From assembly GCA_963716395.1 (NCBI GenBank), contig OY970309.1, positions 160,001 through 224,000 of the forward strand: a stretch of DNA of 64,000 nucleotides, given 5' to 3'. Below the pieces are notes generated by a model. That model was not told the DNA's origin, did no database searches, and saw nothing but the letters and a program-made list of their open reading frames with translations. The DNA comes from an uncultured Fibrobacteria bacterium (GTDB taxonomy: Bacteria; Fibrobacterota; Fibrobacteria; UBA11236). Of this stretch, positions 28,360 to 38,232 are shown in pieces. The translations under genes were made by a program, and so were the position numbers. Each line of letters begins with the position of its first letter. Position 1 is the stretch's first letter.

Positions 28360-29550
28360 TTAAGCCGCGGCCGGCCGGGGATTGAGATTGACGGCTCCCC
28401 GCACGTCGTTGGCCGTGCTGACATAAATGGTAGCTGCAGGAAACCAGTAGTCATATTGCTTCTGTTTATCATAGCGGTAAATCGTGACGCCAAGGCGAAA
28501 GGTTCCAAAGGCGAAATTCAAATCGAGATCGAAGGCGAACGTGTGCGTTCCACCTGCGTCCAGATCCACCGTCGGCCATCCCAGTCGCTGGGTAGAGGTA
28601 TGGAAGACCATGTTGAAATTTTCGTCTTTGAATTCCAGCACCAGCGCGAGATGGCGGGCGGGTTCCGCAGCGGCGATTTCCACTTCTAGTCTGGCGCCGG
28701 CGCCGCTTTCGAATTGCAACTCTTCGCCGTTTTTCCCGACCAGCTTGACGCCGGAGATCCACACATCCTGGGGTCTCCGGGAGGAGCCCGCGGCGTTCTG
28801 CTCAATGTATTGGCGAACTACTTCATCCGTGGGGCCGGCCTTGACAATCCGCCCATGGTCCAACAGAATGCACCGGCTGCACAGGTCGGTAACCGCCCGC
28901 AGGTTGTGCGACACGAAAATGACGGTGGCGCCGCTGCGGACCACGGATTCCATCTTTTCCACGCTCTTGCGCTGGAAGACCATGTCGCCCACGCTGAGCA
29001 CTTCGTCGACCACCAGGATTTCCGGTTCCACATAAGCCGCCACGGAAAAGCCCAGGCGGGCGTACATACCCGAGGAATACCGCTTGACGGGCATGTCGAT
29101 GAATTCCTCCAACCCGGAGAAAGCCACGATCTCGTCGAACTTTTTTCGGATGTCTTCTTTCTTCATCCCCAGAATGACGCCGTTCAAAAACACGTTCTCC
29201 CGTCCAGTGAGGTCGGGGTGGAACCCGGCCCCCACTTCAATCAAGGCCGAGAGTTTTCCGTTCACCCGGATCTTGCCGCTGGTGGGTTCCATGATTCCCG
29301 TCAGATGCTTGAGCATGGTGCTTTTGCCCGCGCCGTTGTGGCCGATGATTCCGAAGGCCTCCCCGCGGTTGACTTCAAAGGAAACATCGCGCAGGGCCCA
29401 GAATTCCCGCTCGGCGCGGCTGCGAACCGGTTGGCGCAAAACTCCCTTCAGGAGCGCGGGAAAGAGATCACGCAGGGAGTCATGCAACTCTCCCTTGCGG
29501 AAGCGTTTGGATACCAGGTCCATGCTCAATGCGACGTCCGGCATACCCAT
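28360..29550 (-). CDS. wzt: Polysaccharide ABC transporter ATPase with C-terminal Wzt_C domain
   Basis: 'GHNGAGKST', 'YSSGMYARLGFS', 'VVDEVLSVGD'; ~150-aa C-terminal beta domain. Confidence 0.92.
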   Translation of the reverse strand: MGMPDVALSMDLVSKRFRKGELHDSLRDLFPALLKGVLRQPVRSRAEREFWALRDVSFEVNRGEAFGIIGHNGAGKSTMLKHLTGIMEPTSGKIRVNGKLSALIEVGAGFHPDLTGRENVFLNGVILGMKKEDIRKKFDEIVAFSGLEEFIDMPVKRYSSGMYARLGFSVAAYVEPEILVVDEVLSVGDMVFQRKSVEKMESVVRSGATVIFVSHNLRAVTDLCSRCILLDHGRIVKAGPTDEVVRQYIEQNAAGSSRRPQDVWISGVKLVGKNGEELQFESGAGARLEVEIAAAEPARHLALVLEFKDENFNMVFHTSTQRLGWPTVDLDAGGTHTFAFDLDLNFAFGTFRLGVTIYRYDKQKQYDYWFPAATIYVSTANDVRGAVNLNPRPAAA

Positions 29551-29555
29551 CGCTC

Positions 29556-30362
29556 CTAGATGGACTCGGCAAACAGCGGTTGCAGTTTCTTGAACACGTA
29601 AATGGCCGCGACAAAAACCAGCGCGGTGACCCCCGCGCTATAGCCCACCCATTCGAGATCGGGTGGCTGATGCAACACCACCGTCGCGTTCAGGGCTTCC
29701 AGGATGGGCGCGACCGGGTTGAGCAGCACAAGATGCGACCATTTTCCGAAAATGTCCGCATCGAAAAAAACCGGCGTGATGAAAATCGCATAGGTCACCA
29801 CGAGTTCGGCCAAATATTTGACGTCGCGAAAAAAGAGATTGGCCGCCGACAGCAGCAGGCCCAGGCCCGCCGCCAAGAGCACCAACAACACAACGAGCGG
29901 CAACACCCACAGCGCCTGGGGGCTTATCCCCATATTGGTAAAGGCCAAGATAGCCGCCAGAAAAACCGCAGCCACGATGAAGTCGACCAGATTCGAGAGC
30001 ACGGCCGCAAGGGGGAAAACTTCTTTGGGAAAGTTCAACTTCGTCACCAGATTGGTATTCGCGGTGAGGCTGATGGTGGAGAATCGAATGGAGGCGCTGA
30101 AAAACGACCAGGGCAGTCCTTTGATGGCGACTCCCATGATCTCTCTGCCCACCACCGGCTTGCCGGAAATTTTCGCCAGCAGATATTTGACCAGCATGCC
30201 CGCGGCGATGACGAGAATGGGCAGCAGCAGAGCCCAAAGAAAACCCATGATCGACTGCTTGTATTTGATTCTGACTTCCCGCCAGGTGATCATATACAGT
30301 AGTTCCCGGCTGGCATAGAGATCGCGGATCGATTTCAGGATGGTGCGGAAAACCCCGATCAT
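29556..30362 (-). CDS. wzm: Polysaccharide ABC transporter permease
   Basis: 'REVRIKYKQSIMGFLWALL', 'FFRDV', 'TPVF', 'LNP', 'FAESI'. Confidence 0.92.
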   Translation of the reverse strand: MIGVFRTILKSIRDLYASRELLYMITWREVRIKYKQSIMGFLWALLLPILVIAAGMLVKYLLAKISGKPVVGREIMGVAIKGLPWSFFSASIRFSTISLTANTNLVTKLNFPKEVFPLAAVLSNLVDFIVAAVFLAAILAFTNMGISPQALWVLPLVVLLVLLAAGLGLLLSAANLFFRDVKYLAELVVTYAIFITPVFFDADIFGKWSHLVLLNPVAPILEALNATVVLHQPPDLEWVGYSAGVTALVFVAAIYVFKKLQPLFAESI

Positions 30363-31693
30363 GCCGCCACCTGATTCCGCAGCGCGTCGTATTGGCGATC
30401 GAGTACGGAATGGTAGCGCGCGCCCAGCGCCTCCAATTCGCGCCCCAGGCTGGCGCCGGCCGATTCCAAGGCATGAAAACTTTCCGTCAACGCCTTGAGC
30501 TCGAACGCTTCAATATCCAGACAATACTCGGACAATCCCGCCTCTTGCATCAGGGTATCGATTTTCCGATGGTAGGAAAGGGCCAGCACGGGCTTGGCAA
30601 GAAAAATCGCCAACAGCACTCCATGAAATCGCGAGGCTACGATGAAATCCATCTGTGCCATGGCGTCGAGTAACTCCTGAACCGTGGTAACCGGACGTTC
30701 GCAACTGCGATCTTCGATGTGCGCCGCCGTCTCGCGGCCAAGCGCCGCTTTGAGGTCCTGAAAGGCCGGGAGATCCATGCGGATTTGTGTGGGGAACAGT
30801 ATCACCTGGTAACCTGTGTTGGCCAGGTAGGAAATGAAGGCGGCAAGGGTGTCGATATAGCGCCGATAGACCGCTGCCATCTTGTCAGGCCATTTGTCCA
30901 CATGTCCGTACGCCATGGGACTGATACCCACTTTCGCTTTGACGCCGGGGCCGCGAACAGAATGCGAAGTTCGCCGGCGCAGGCTGAAGGCGAGATCGGG
31001 AAAGACTTCGGCCGGGGCCGTGAACCCGAACCTCCGCATGAGGTCGCAGGATTCCTGGTCGCGAAAACTGCGGTAGCACGCCAGTCTCAGCGCGGAGAGG
31101 ATAAAAAATCTTCCCAAACCGGTGCGGATGGGTCCGGCACCGACGCCTACGAATAAGAACTTGACGCGGCGCATTCTGGCCATCAAGGCCCATTGCCAAA
31201 GGGTGAACGGCTGATTCCAGGGGCCGCCCCAAATGTCGTCCAATTGCCCTCCGCCGGAAACGATGAGGGCATCCAAACCGCGAAGTGCGGCCAACGAGGT
31301 CCACCAAAAACCCAATTGTCGCTTTACCGCGTAGGCATAGGGAAGGCGAATCCCCAGCTTACGCTTGAGGCGGAAAATCCACGACGATGTCCACGAAGAT
31401 GTGCGCGTCCCGGTCACGATCGCTTTTCCCGTACCCGTGCCCATGCCGGTGTCGGCCAGCGATTCGGTGGCCGCCGGAGCGGCGGCTTCCGGAGCGGCGG
31501 CTTCCGGAGCGGCGGCTTCAATAGGAAAGGCGCGAATGCCGTGGCGTTTTTGGGTGTCCGCAGGGTTCAGGGAAAAGGCGACGATTTCCACGCCGGCGAT
31601 GTGCACCCGCAGGTTGTCGATCATGGCCTCTTGAATGGCGGCATCTCCCAGATTGCCGAAACCGAAGGGGCCCATCAGACCGATGCGCGTCAT
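30359..31693 (-). CDS. Polysaccharide pyruvyl transferase family protein
   Basis: 'GFGNLGDAAI', 'SGGGQLDD', 'SFRD', 'PDLAF', 'SRFHG'. Confidence 0.88.
   Translation of the reverse strand: MTRIGLMGPFGFGNLGDAAIQEAMIDNLRVHIAGVEIVAFSLNPADTQKRHGIRAFPIEAAAPEAAAPEAAAPAATESLADTGMGTGTGKAIVTGTRTSSWTSSWIFRLKRKLGIRLPYAYAVKRQLGFWWTSLAALRGLDALIVSGGGQLDDIWGGPWNQPFTLWQWALMARMRRVKFLFVGVGAGPIRTGLGRFFILSALRLACYRSFRDQESCDLMRRFGFTAPAEVFPDLAFSLRRRTSHSVRGPGVKAKVGISPMAYGHVDKWPDKMAAVYRRYIDTLAAFISYLANTGYQVILFPTQIRMDLPAFQDLKAALGRETAAHIEDRSCERPVTTVQELLDAMAQMDFIVASRFHGVLLAIFLAKPVLALSYHRKIDTLMQEAGLSEYCLDIEAFELKALTESFHALESAGASLGRELEALGARYHSVLDRQYDALRNQVAA
31475..31519. repeat. Perfect 3 x 15-bp tandem repeat (in frame, EAAAP x3)
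   Basis: CGGAGCGGCGGCTTC at 31475, 31490 and 31505. Confidence 0.95.
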
Positions 31694-33001
31694 GCCCGGT
31701 TTTTCCGCCGGAATACCGGTTGCACGGGCCGACCCACCAGGTATTTCTCCGGTCCTTCGTCGAGGGCTTGGCGATAGACTTCCAAGGCCTCTCCCACCGC
31801 GGCGATGGTGGCGTCGATGATGGGTTCGTCGTGTGCGTGACTAACCACGAAAGATGGTGTTATAAATCCCCGTTGGATCATTTCCTGGAGAAAGAGCGTG
31901 CGGAAGACCTGGGAAGGCCTGCCGGCGCGGTCCCGCGTCGCGAAAATCAAATTGGCCGGATGGCCGAGCACCAGAAAGCGATCTTGCAACGCCAGCCTCG
32001 CCGTGTGGTTTTCCACACCTTGCTTCAGACGCATGCCCGCCCGCGCGAGGCCGCCGATCACATCCTCTTCCCGGTAAACCGCCATGGTTTCCAGTGCCGC
32101 GGCCAGCGAGGGGCACTCGGCGCCATGGGTGGTCGAGAGCAGAAAGACCCGGTCGCCCTCGTAATCCAGCCCTCCCAGCTTCATCACCTCGCGGCGGCCC
32201 ACCAGGGCGGAAACGGAAAAACCGTTGGCGATGGCCTTGCCGAAGGTGCGCAAGTCCGGGTCGACGCCGTAAGTGCGGGCCGCTCCACCCAAGTCCCAGC
32301 GAAATCCGGTGATCATCTCGTCGAGAATGAGGAGGGCTCCATGCCTCCGGCAGGTTTCCTGCAAAGCCGCGAGAAATCCCGCTTCCGGCTCCACAAAGGT
32401 GGCCGGTTCGGAAATGACGCACGCGATGCGGCCGGGGTGGCGCCGGAAAAGTTCGTCGACGCTCTCCAGATCATTGAAGCGGAACTTGACGGTCAAAGCG
32501 CGGATGGCGTCGGGAATGCCGGCGCTCATGGGGGTGGAGCCGATGAACCAGTCGTCGGTGGAGAAGAAGGGGTGATCGGCGCATAAGGCGACCATGTCCC
32601 GGCCCGTATAGGCGCGGGCCAGCTTTACCGCCGCCGTGGTGACGTCCGATCCGTTCTTGGCGAATTTCACCATCTCGCCGCCGACCAGAGCGAGCAGGGC
32701 TTCGGCGCACTCGACTTCGATGGGAGCCGGCCGGGTAAAATTGTTGCCCAGCAGCATTTGCCGATAAACGGCTGCGAGGATGCGGGGGTGGGCATGGCCG
32801 AGCGAAACCGCCCGCAAGCCCATGCCGTATTCCACGAACTCATTTCCGTCGGCGTCCCAAACGCGGCAGCCCTTCTCCCCGTGCGATGAAACCCGGGGCG
32901 TTCACCGGAAATTGATCGTCACCCTTGGCGTAGGTATGCGCCCCGCCCGGGATCAATCGATGGGCCTTTTGCCGCCAAGCGTCGGATGCGGAGAAGTTCA
33001 T
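31690..33001 (-). pseudogene. Glutamate-1-semialdehyde aminomutase-like class III aminotransferase, frameshifted
   Basis: MNFSAS...IPGGAHTYAKGDDQFP...ARGEG joins CRVWDADGNEFVEYGMG only after removing one base at 32870-32872; PLP Lys in 'TFGKAIANG'. Could be a sequencing error. Confidence 0.8.
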
Positions 33002-33014
33002 AGGACCACAGAAA

Positions 33015-34379
33015 TCATATTGTTTTTATCGCGCCGGCCGGTTCATTCATCTTTTCCGCGGTTTCCGCCAGCAAACTCTTCGCCACCAAAAAGTTCTTGG
33101 CCCGAAGCACGGTAGCAAACGGCATGTTCGCCCTTTCGGCGATGTCGAGCAAGGTGTGACGGCCATCGCAAAGATTCAGAACCCAGAGCAAGGCCATCTG
33201 GTCCACGCCCACGCTTTGCATTCCCCCCACCGATCCGTACAACCCGCGTCGGCCCAATTGCGGCTCGCCTTTGGGTTGCAGGTTGAGATAACGCCGGTTC
33301 TCTTCCAGCACGGCGAGGATGCGGGCGCAAACCAGCACGGAGTCGGCCAGCAACTCCTTGCGTACGAAAGTGAGATGGTCCGCCGAGGTGTGGTATTCGG
33401 GATATTCTCCATGCGGCGTGCGCGTCAACCTTCCCACGGGCATATCGAAACCGGGTGAGCAATACTGCCGTTCGTCGTAGCCGTAGGGGAAAAAGTCGAT
33501 CAGGCGGCCGGGGACCGGGTCACGCGCCAAGACATGCGCGGCCACCAAGTCGATCTCGGCATCGCCCCTGCGACTGCGCTTGTAGGTCGCTAAACCGGGA
33601 TTGCCCAGCCCGGTCAGGACCAGGCCATGGCGAATGTGGGGCACTTGGCTTTCATTGCGGCTGAGCCAGGTGATGGATCCGATGGTTCCGGGTATAAAGA
33701 GAAAGCGGAAGCGATGCCGGCGCTCGACCCGGGACAGCAGATCGGCCAGGGTGACGGCCGCCGCGATGCCGCTCAGGTTGTCGTTGGCGAGAGAGGGATG
33801 GCATACGTGGGTGGAGATCAGGATTTCCCCGTCGTCTTCGCTTTCGCTTTCGCCCGGCAACCGGCATTCGCCGTAGGTGAGGCTCCCCTCCCGCAAGGTG
33901 CTGTCGATGCAGACCTCGTAATCGCCGGGAAGCAATTCCAAAAGCTGCCGGTGGGAAAGGCAGAACCCCCAATCTTCGCGATAATAAGACGTGCGGTAGG
34001 GAATCCAATCGGGATGATCGGGCAGCGTGAACAGATGCGGCTTGAGCGCCTCAAGGGAAAGGGTTTGGCGCACGGGGATGCTGTAGTTCACCACATGCAG
34101 ATTCGAGGCCGCGAAGTCGATCACCTTGCGTCCGTCCGGCCCTTTGACCCAGGCGTCGCGGATATTCCATTCCTTGGGGACCGACCAATCCAACACCGGA
34201 GTGCCGCTGGCGACTTCCTGCATTTGCAACGGGATGCGCTCCCCAACGGCCCGCAACGTGGCGCGCACGCCCTCACCGGTGATGGATCGGCAAATGGGGA
34301 ACAGCCGTGCCATCAAGGCCAGCATGTCTTCCGCCATCGCTGCGGGATCCAGGTTTTCGACGGCTTCGAATAGTTTCAT
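33015..34379 (-). CDS. DUF4910 (DUF2172) aminopeptidase-like protein with C-terminal HTH
   Basis: 'FPICRSITGEG', 'IPYRTSYY', 'HVCHPSLANDNLSG', 'YDERQY', 'EYHTSAD', 'GEPQLGRRGLY'; ATGA coupling to rfbC. Confidence 0.88.
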   Translation of the reverse strand: MKLFEAVENLDPAAMAEDMLALMARLFPICRSITGEGVRATLRAVGERIPLQMQEVASGTPVLDWSVPKEWNIRDAWVKGPDGRKVIDFAASNLHVVNYSIPVRQTLSLEALKPHLFTLPDHPDWIPYRTSYYREDWGFCLSHRQLLELLPGDYEVCIDSTLREGSLTYGECRLPGESESEDDGEILISTHVCHPSLANDNLSGIAAAVTLADLLSRVERRHRFRFLFIPGTIGSITWLSRNESQVPHIRHGLVLTGLGNPGLATYKRSRRGDAEIDLVAAHVLARDPVPGRLIDFFPYGYDERQYCSPGFDMPVGRLTRTPHGEYPEYHTSADHLTFVRKELLADSVLVCARILAVLEENRRYLNLQPKGEPQLGRRGLYGSVGGMQSVGVDQMALLWVLNLCDGRHTLLDIAERANMPFATVLRAKNFLVAKSLLAETAEKMNEPAGAIKTI

Positions 34380-34903
34380 GGTTTCCAATCCGGATAGGAT
34401 TGATCGCGCTCGGAAATGACCGACACCGCCAGCGGCCACCGGATTCCGAAAACCGGGTCATCCCAGCGAAGGCCGCGATCCTGTCCGGCGGCGTAGAATT
34501 CGGACATCTGGTAAAAGACTTCGGTCCCGTCTTCCAAAGTCTGGAAGCCGTGGGCGAATCCCTTGGGCACGAAGAGTTGGTTGCGCTTGGCGGCCGCGAG
34601 CACGACCGTCTCATGCCGGAGGTAGGCCGGAGAGGCCGGACGCAAATCCACGATCACGTCGAAGAGGGATCCGGCCACGGCCCTTACCAACTTGGCCTCG
34701 GAGGCGGGCTCCTGATAGTGCAGCCCGCGCAAGGTTCCTTTTTTCGCATTGTAGGAGATGTTGCACTGCGCCACCGAAGCCTCAAGGCCCCGTGCGGCGA
34801 ATTCACGGGCGCAAAAGGAACGGGCGAAAAAACCCCGCGCATCGCGCAATTCGTCGATTTCGATCACATAGGCGCCGGGCAGCGAAGTCTCTTGGAATCG
34901 CAT
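34376..34903 (-). CDS. rfbC: dTDP-4-dehydrorhamnose 3,5-epimerase family (cupin)
   Basis: 'DARGFFAR', 'GTLRGLHYQ', 'VPKGFAHGFQTL', 'RWDDP'. Confidence 0.9.
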   Translation of the reverse strand: MRFQETSLPGAYVIEIDELRDARGFFARSFCAREFAARGLEASVAQCNISYNAKKGTLRGLHYQEPASEAKLVRAVAGSLFDVIVDLRPASPAYLRHETVVLAAAKRNQLFVPKGFAHGFQTLEDGTEVFYQMSEFYAAGQDRGLRWDDPVFGIRWPLAVSVISERDQSYPDWKP

Positions 34904-35002
34904 GTCCCGTCCTTAGAAATTCGCCGCGCATCCGGCCCCGCGAACTCTTTGCCTGCCGCTCTCGCCGTCGGTTCGGTTTTTATGCCTTCTCATCGCGCGC
35001 CG

Positions 35003-36259
35003 TTATTTCTCGATGGTCATGCTGGGGATGGGAACCATCCATTGGCCGCCCCATTCCCGGATGTACGCGGTTTGGGCCATGATTTCATGCTTCAAATTCC
35101 AGACTCCGAGGAAGAGGAAGTCGGGTTTGGTTGCACGCAAGCGCGACGGATCATACACCGGAATACGCGAACCCGGCAACAAATGCCCCTGCTTATAAGG
35201 ATTACGGTCAACGGCGTAGTCGATGAAGTCGGTGCGGATGCCGCAATAATTGATCAAGGTGTTGCTTTTACCCGCAGCCCCGTATAGTGCGATGGATTTA
35301 CCGTTGCGCTTTGCGCGGATCAAGACTTCGAGAATGCGGCGCTTGGTTTCCTTCACCTTTTCGTTGAAGGCCAGATAAACCGGCAACGCCTCAAGGCCGG
35401 CCTGGGATTCGCGCTGCTTGAGGGCGGCAACGGACGGCGCTACCGGATGCGCGGAAGATTCGGCATGGCGCCCGAAAATGCGCAGCGAACCGCCATGGGT
35501 GGGCCATTCGTCCACGTCGAACAACACCAGACCAAGGCTCGCAAACACCTTTTCCACCACGCCGAAGGAGAAGTAGGAGAAATGCTCGTGGTAAATGGTG
35601 TCGAATTGGTTTTGCTCCATGAGCCGAAGCAAATGCGGGAATTCAAAGGTGCAGATGCCGTCGGGTTTGAGCAGGCGTTTCACGCCTTTTACGAAGTCAA
35701 GCAAATCGGGAACATGGGCCAGGACATTGTTGCCGAGCACAAGATCGGCCGGGCCTTCGTCAGCGGCCAGGCGTTCGGCCAGCGCAGCGCCGAAAAATTC
35801 GACGACGCTGCGAACGCCTTTTTCGCGGGCCTTGGCCGCCACATTGGCCGCGGGCTCGACGCCCAATACCGGGATACCGCGTTGCACGAAATATTGCAGC
35901 AAATATCCGTCATTGCTGGCGATTTCCACAACCTGGGAGTGTGGACCGAGTCCGAAGCGCCCGCACATCATCGCCGTGTACTGTTCGGCATGCTGGAGCC
36001 AGCTCTCTGAAAAAGAACTGAAGTAGGCATACTCGGAAAAAATCGCGGACGGGTCCACGAATTTTCCCAGTTGCACCAGTAGGCATTGTTCGCAAACATA
36101 CGCGTGCAGCTTGAAAAACGGCTCGGCCAGATGCGCCTTGGCGGGATCGATTTGGCTTTGGCACAGCGGCGACGTGCCGAGATCGGCGAAGGAATGCCGG
36201 AGCGGCACGCCGCAAAAGCGGCATGGATCGGTGGATTCGGAAAACGCGGATACGGTCAC
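35003..36259 (-). CDS. NDP-hexose C-methyltransferase
   Basis: Zn finger 'CRFC...CEQC', 'EIASNDG', 'NNVLAHVPD', 'DTIYHEH', 'HGGSLR'. Confidence 0.9.
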   Translation of the reverse strand: MTVSAFSESTDPCRFCGVPLRHSFADLGTSPLCQSQIDPAKAHLAEPFFKLHAYVCEQCLLVQLGKFVDPSAIFSEYAYFSSFSESWLQHAEQYTAMMCGRFGLGPHSQVVEIASNDGYLLQYFVQRGIPVLGVEPAANVAAKAREKGVRSVVEFFGAALAERLAADEGPADLVLGNNVLAHVPDLLDFVKGVKRLLKPDGICTFEFPHLLRLMEQNQFDTIYHEHFSYFSFGVVEKVFASLGLVLFDVDEWPTHGGSLRIFGRHAESSAHPVAPSVAALKQRESQAGLEALPVYLAFNEKVKETKRRILEVLIRAKRNGKSIALYGAAGKSNTLINYCGIRTDFIDYAVDRNPYKQGHLLPGSRIPVYDPSRLRATKPDFLFLGVWNLKHEIMAQTAYIREWGGQWMVPIPSMTIEK

Positions 36260-36377
36260 GGGCGGGCCTCGGAGTGCGAACCCTGCCGGGATGGGCAGGC
36301 CTTACTTGCGGCGGGCCCTTTCCGCGTGGGGAAACGGCAGGCAGAAAGGGAAATGAAAAGCGGACGGCAGGAAAGCA

Positions 36378-37064
36378 TCAAGGATTGGTGTGTACCTGGC
36401 CGTCCACAATCAAGTAAGTGAGATAGACCGTAAACACCGAGGCGGTGACGGCGGCGAGCTGCGCCACCACGTCGAGCGTTTGGCGGAACGCATACCAGAA
36501 GCCGCTGTTCGGATTGGGAACCGGAATCACGAAGATGTCGCCGGATTGGACGCCGGCGCCGCGTAGCGTGGTGCCGCGCGAAAACTCGTCGAGCAAACTG
36601 ATATTCAGGGGTTGCGAACCGCGGTACACCTTCCATTTGTCCAGATTCACTTCGCCGGCCGGGCCGCCGACAAGGTGGCAGGCCTCCCACACCGAAGCCT
36701 CGGGGCTGACGTAAACCATCGACGGGTGCTGCCAGTATCCCAGCAGGGTCAGACGTATTACAGGAGTTACTGTTACATGAATGTCACGCAAGTAGGGCGC
36801 GGCCTGCTTGGAGATGTAGTCGGCGACATCGCTCGCCCTCTGGTTGTGGATGTAGAGCCGGCCCAGGACGGGAAGGGTCACATAGCCGTCGGCATCGATG
36901 GGGAAGGCGCCGTTGAAGACGGAAGCCGTGTCGAGCGGCACCTTGATCAGAATGGTTTCGCCCGCTTTGAAGGTGCTGTCGTCCCCGGAAGGGTTCGCGG
37001 GCGGCGCGACGGGGGCGGAAAAGACGCTGCAAACCACCAGAGCCAGTATCGCAAATACTTTCAT
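36378..37064 (-). CDS. Polysaccharide export protein (Wza-like, Poly_export/SLBB)
   Basis: Signal peptide; 'IDADGYVTLPVLG', SLBB-like 'GDIFVIP'; C-terminal helix. Confidence 0.72.
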   Translation of the reverse strand: MKVFAILALVVCSVFSAPVAPPANPSGDDSTFKAGETILIKVPLDTASVFNGAFPIDADGYVTLPVLGRLYIHNQRASDVADYISKQAAPYLRDIHVTVTPVIRLTLLGYWQHPSMVYVSPEASVWEACHLVGGPAGEVNLDKWKVYRGSQPLNISLLDEFSRGTTLRGAGVQSGDIFVIPVPNPNSGFWYAFRQTLDVVAQLAAVTASVFTVYLTYLIVDGQVHTNP

Positions 37065-37173
37065 AAATCCATCCCTGGCCCCGATGGCGCCACAGCGGAA
37101 CCAACAGGAAAATTATAAGTCCTCCGCCTTTCCCTTCCAAAGCGCCGCGAAAACGGAATCTGACGGCGCGGGT

Positions 37174-38232
37174 TCATGCCGGAAGTCCCGGGCGGATTCG
37201 AGCGCCCCACCAATTCGCCCAACTCACAGGCATTTTCGACCAAAGCAAGGCAGCCGAGCGAAGCCGGGAAGCGGCGGCATGCGCCACCGCGCCGCGGGGA
37301 GTGCCGCGGTCATCGAATTGATACCAATACAAAGGGTGTTCTTCGGCCAGCCATTGCTTTTTGAATTTATACGTGCCTTCATCCCGCGTACTGCGACCCA
37401 AATCGACCCACAAAAGGCCGCGTCCGATGGCCGCGCGGATGGCGTCATAGTACAGCGCATTGTTGGGGCAATAGAGCCGCTCGGCGCGCAAGGTCGAGGC
37501 CCAGGGTATCGCCAAAGTTTCGTTGCGTTGCAGGCGGATCAATCCTCCGACGCAGCGCCCCTTCCGATAGGCCGTCACGATCTCGCAACCCGGAATCCGG
37601 GCCAGCATCTCCGCAAAAAATTTCCGGGCATGCACCGGCGATCCCAAGTCGCGCATATTGATCCCGAAGACGCGGTAGAAGTCGTCGAGCAATTCCGCGC
37701 CGCCCGTGCGCAAAGTCACGTCGGATTTTTCCGCCTTGCGCACTTGATTACGAACTTTAGCATCCAGGGCTTTCCAATAGCTTTCCTCGGTTTTGCCTGC
37801 GAGGGGAATGCGCATGAGAACCTTGGAATTATCCGGAGCCGACAGGGAAGACAGCGCCGCATGCGAACGCAATTCCAAACCGTATCCGGCGCTACCGATT
37901 TCGCGCAACAAGCCGGCGAGCAAAGCCTTTTCGGCTTCGGCATCGGTCGCCAGCGGCCCGCCGAAATCGAGATAGGGCAATGCCACGGCAATTTTTCCCG
38001 AAAGCGGGCCGCGAAAAAATATCAGCGCCGCGATGGCGCGGCAACGACCGACCTCGTCGCGAACGATAAAAATACGGAAACGCTTGCGATACGCGGCGGC
38101 GAAAACCTGGAGCCATCCGGCTCCGTGGCAGTAAGTCGCCCCCGATTCCGACGACGCCTCGTCCCAGGCACGCAGTCCCGCCTCGGGGTCGGGGGATTCG
38201 AAACGAAAGGCGGAACTCAGTGCGGGCGCCAC
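37174..38232 (-). CDS. FemAB-related GNAT protein (XrtA/PEP-CTERM system type)
   Basis: 'LPYLDFGG', 'KVRNQVRKA', 'NMRDLGSPVH', 'DLGRST..GTYKFKKQW'. Confidence 0.85.
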   Translation of the reverse strand: MAPALSSAFRFESPDPEAGLRAWDEASSESGATYCHGAGWLQVFAAAYRKRFRIFIVRDEVGRCRAIAALIFFRGPLSGKIAVALPYLDFGGPLATDAEAEKALLAGLLREIGSAGYGLELRSHAALSSLSAPDNSKVLMRIPLAGKTEESYWKALDAKVRNQVRKAEKSDVTLRTGGAELLDDFYRVFGINMRDLGSPVHARKFFAEMLARIPGCEIVTAYRKGRCVGGLIRLQRNETLAIPWASTLRAERLYCPNNALYYDAIRAAIGRGLLWVDLGRSTRDEGTYKFKKQWLAEEHPLYWYQFDDRGTPRGAVAHAAASRLRSAALLWSKMPVSWANWWGARIRPGLPA

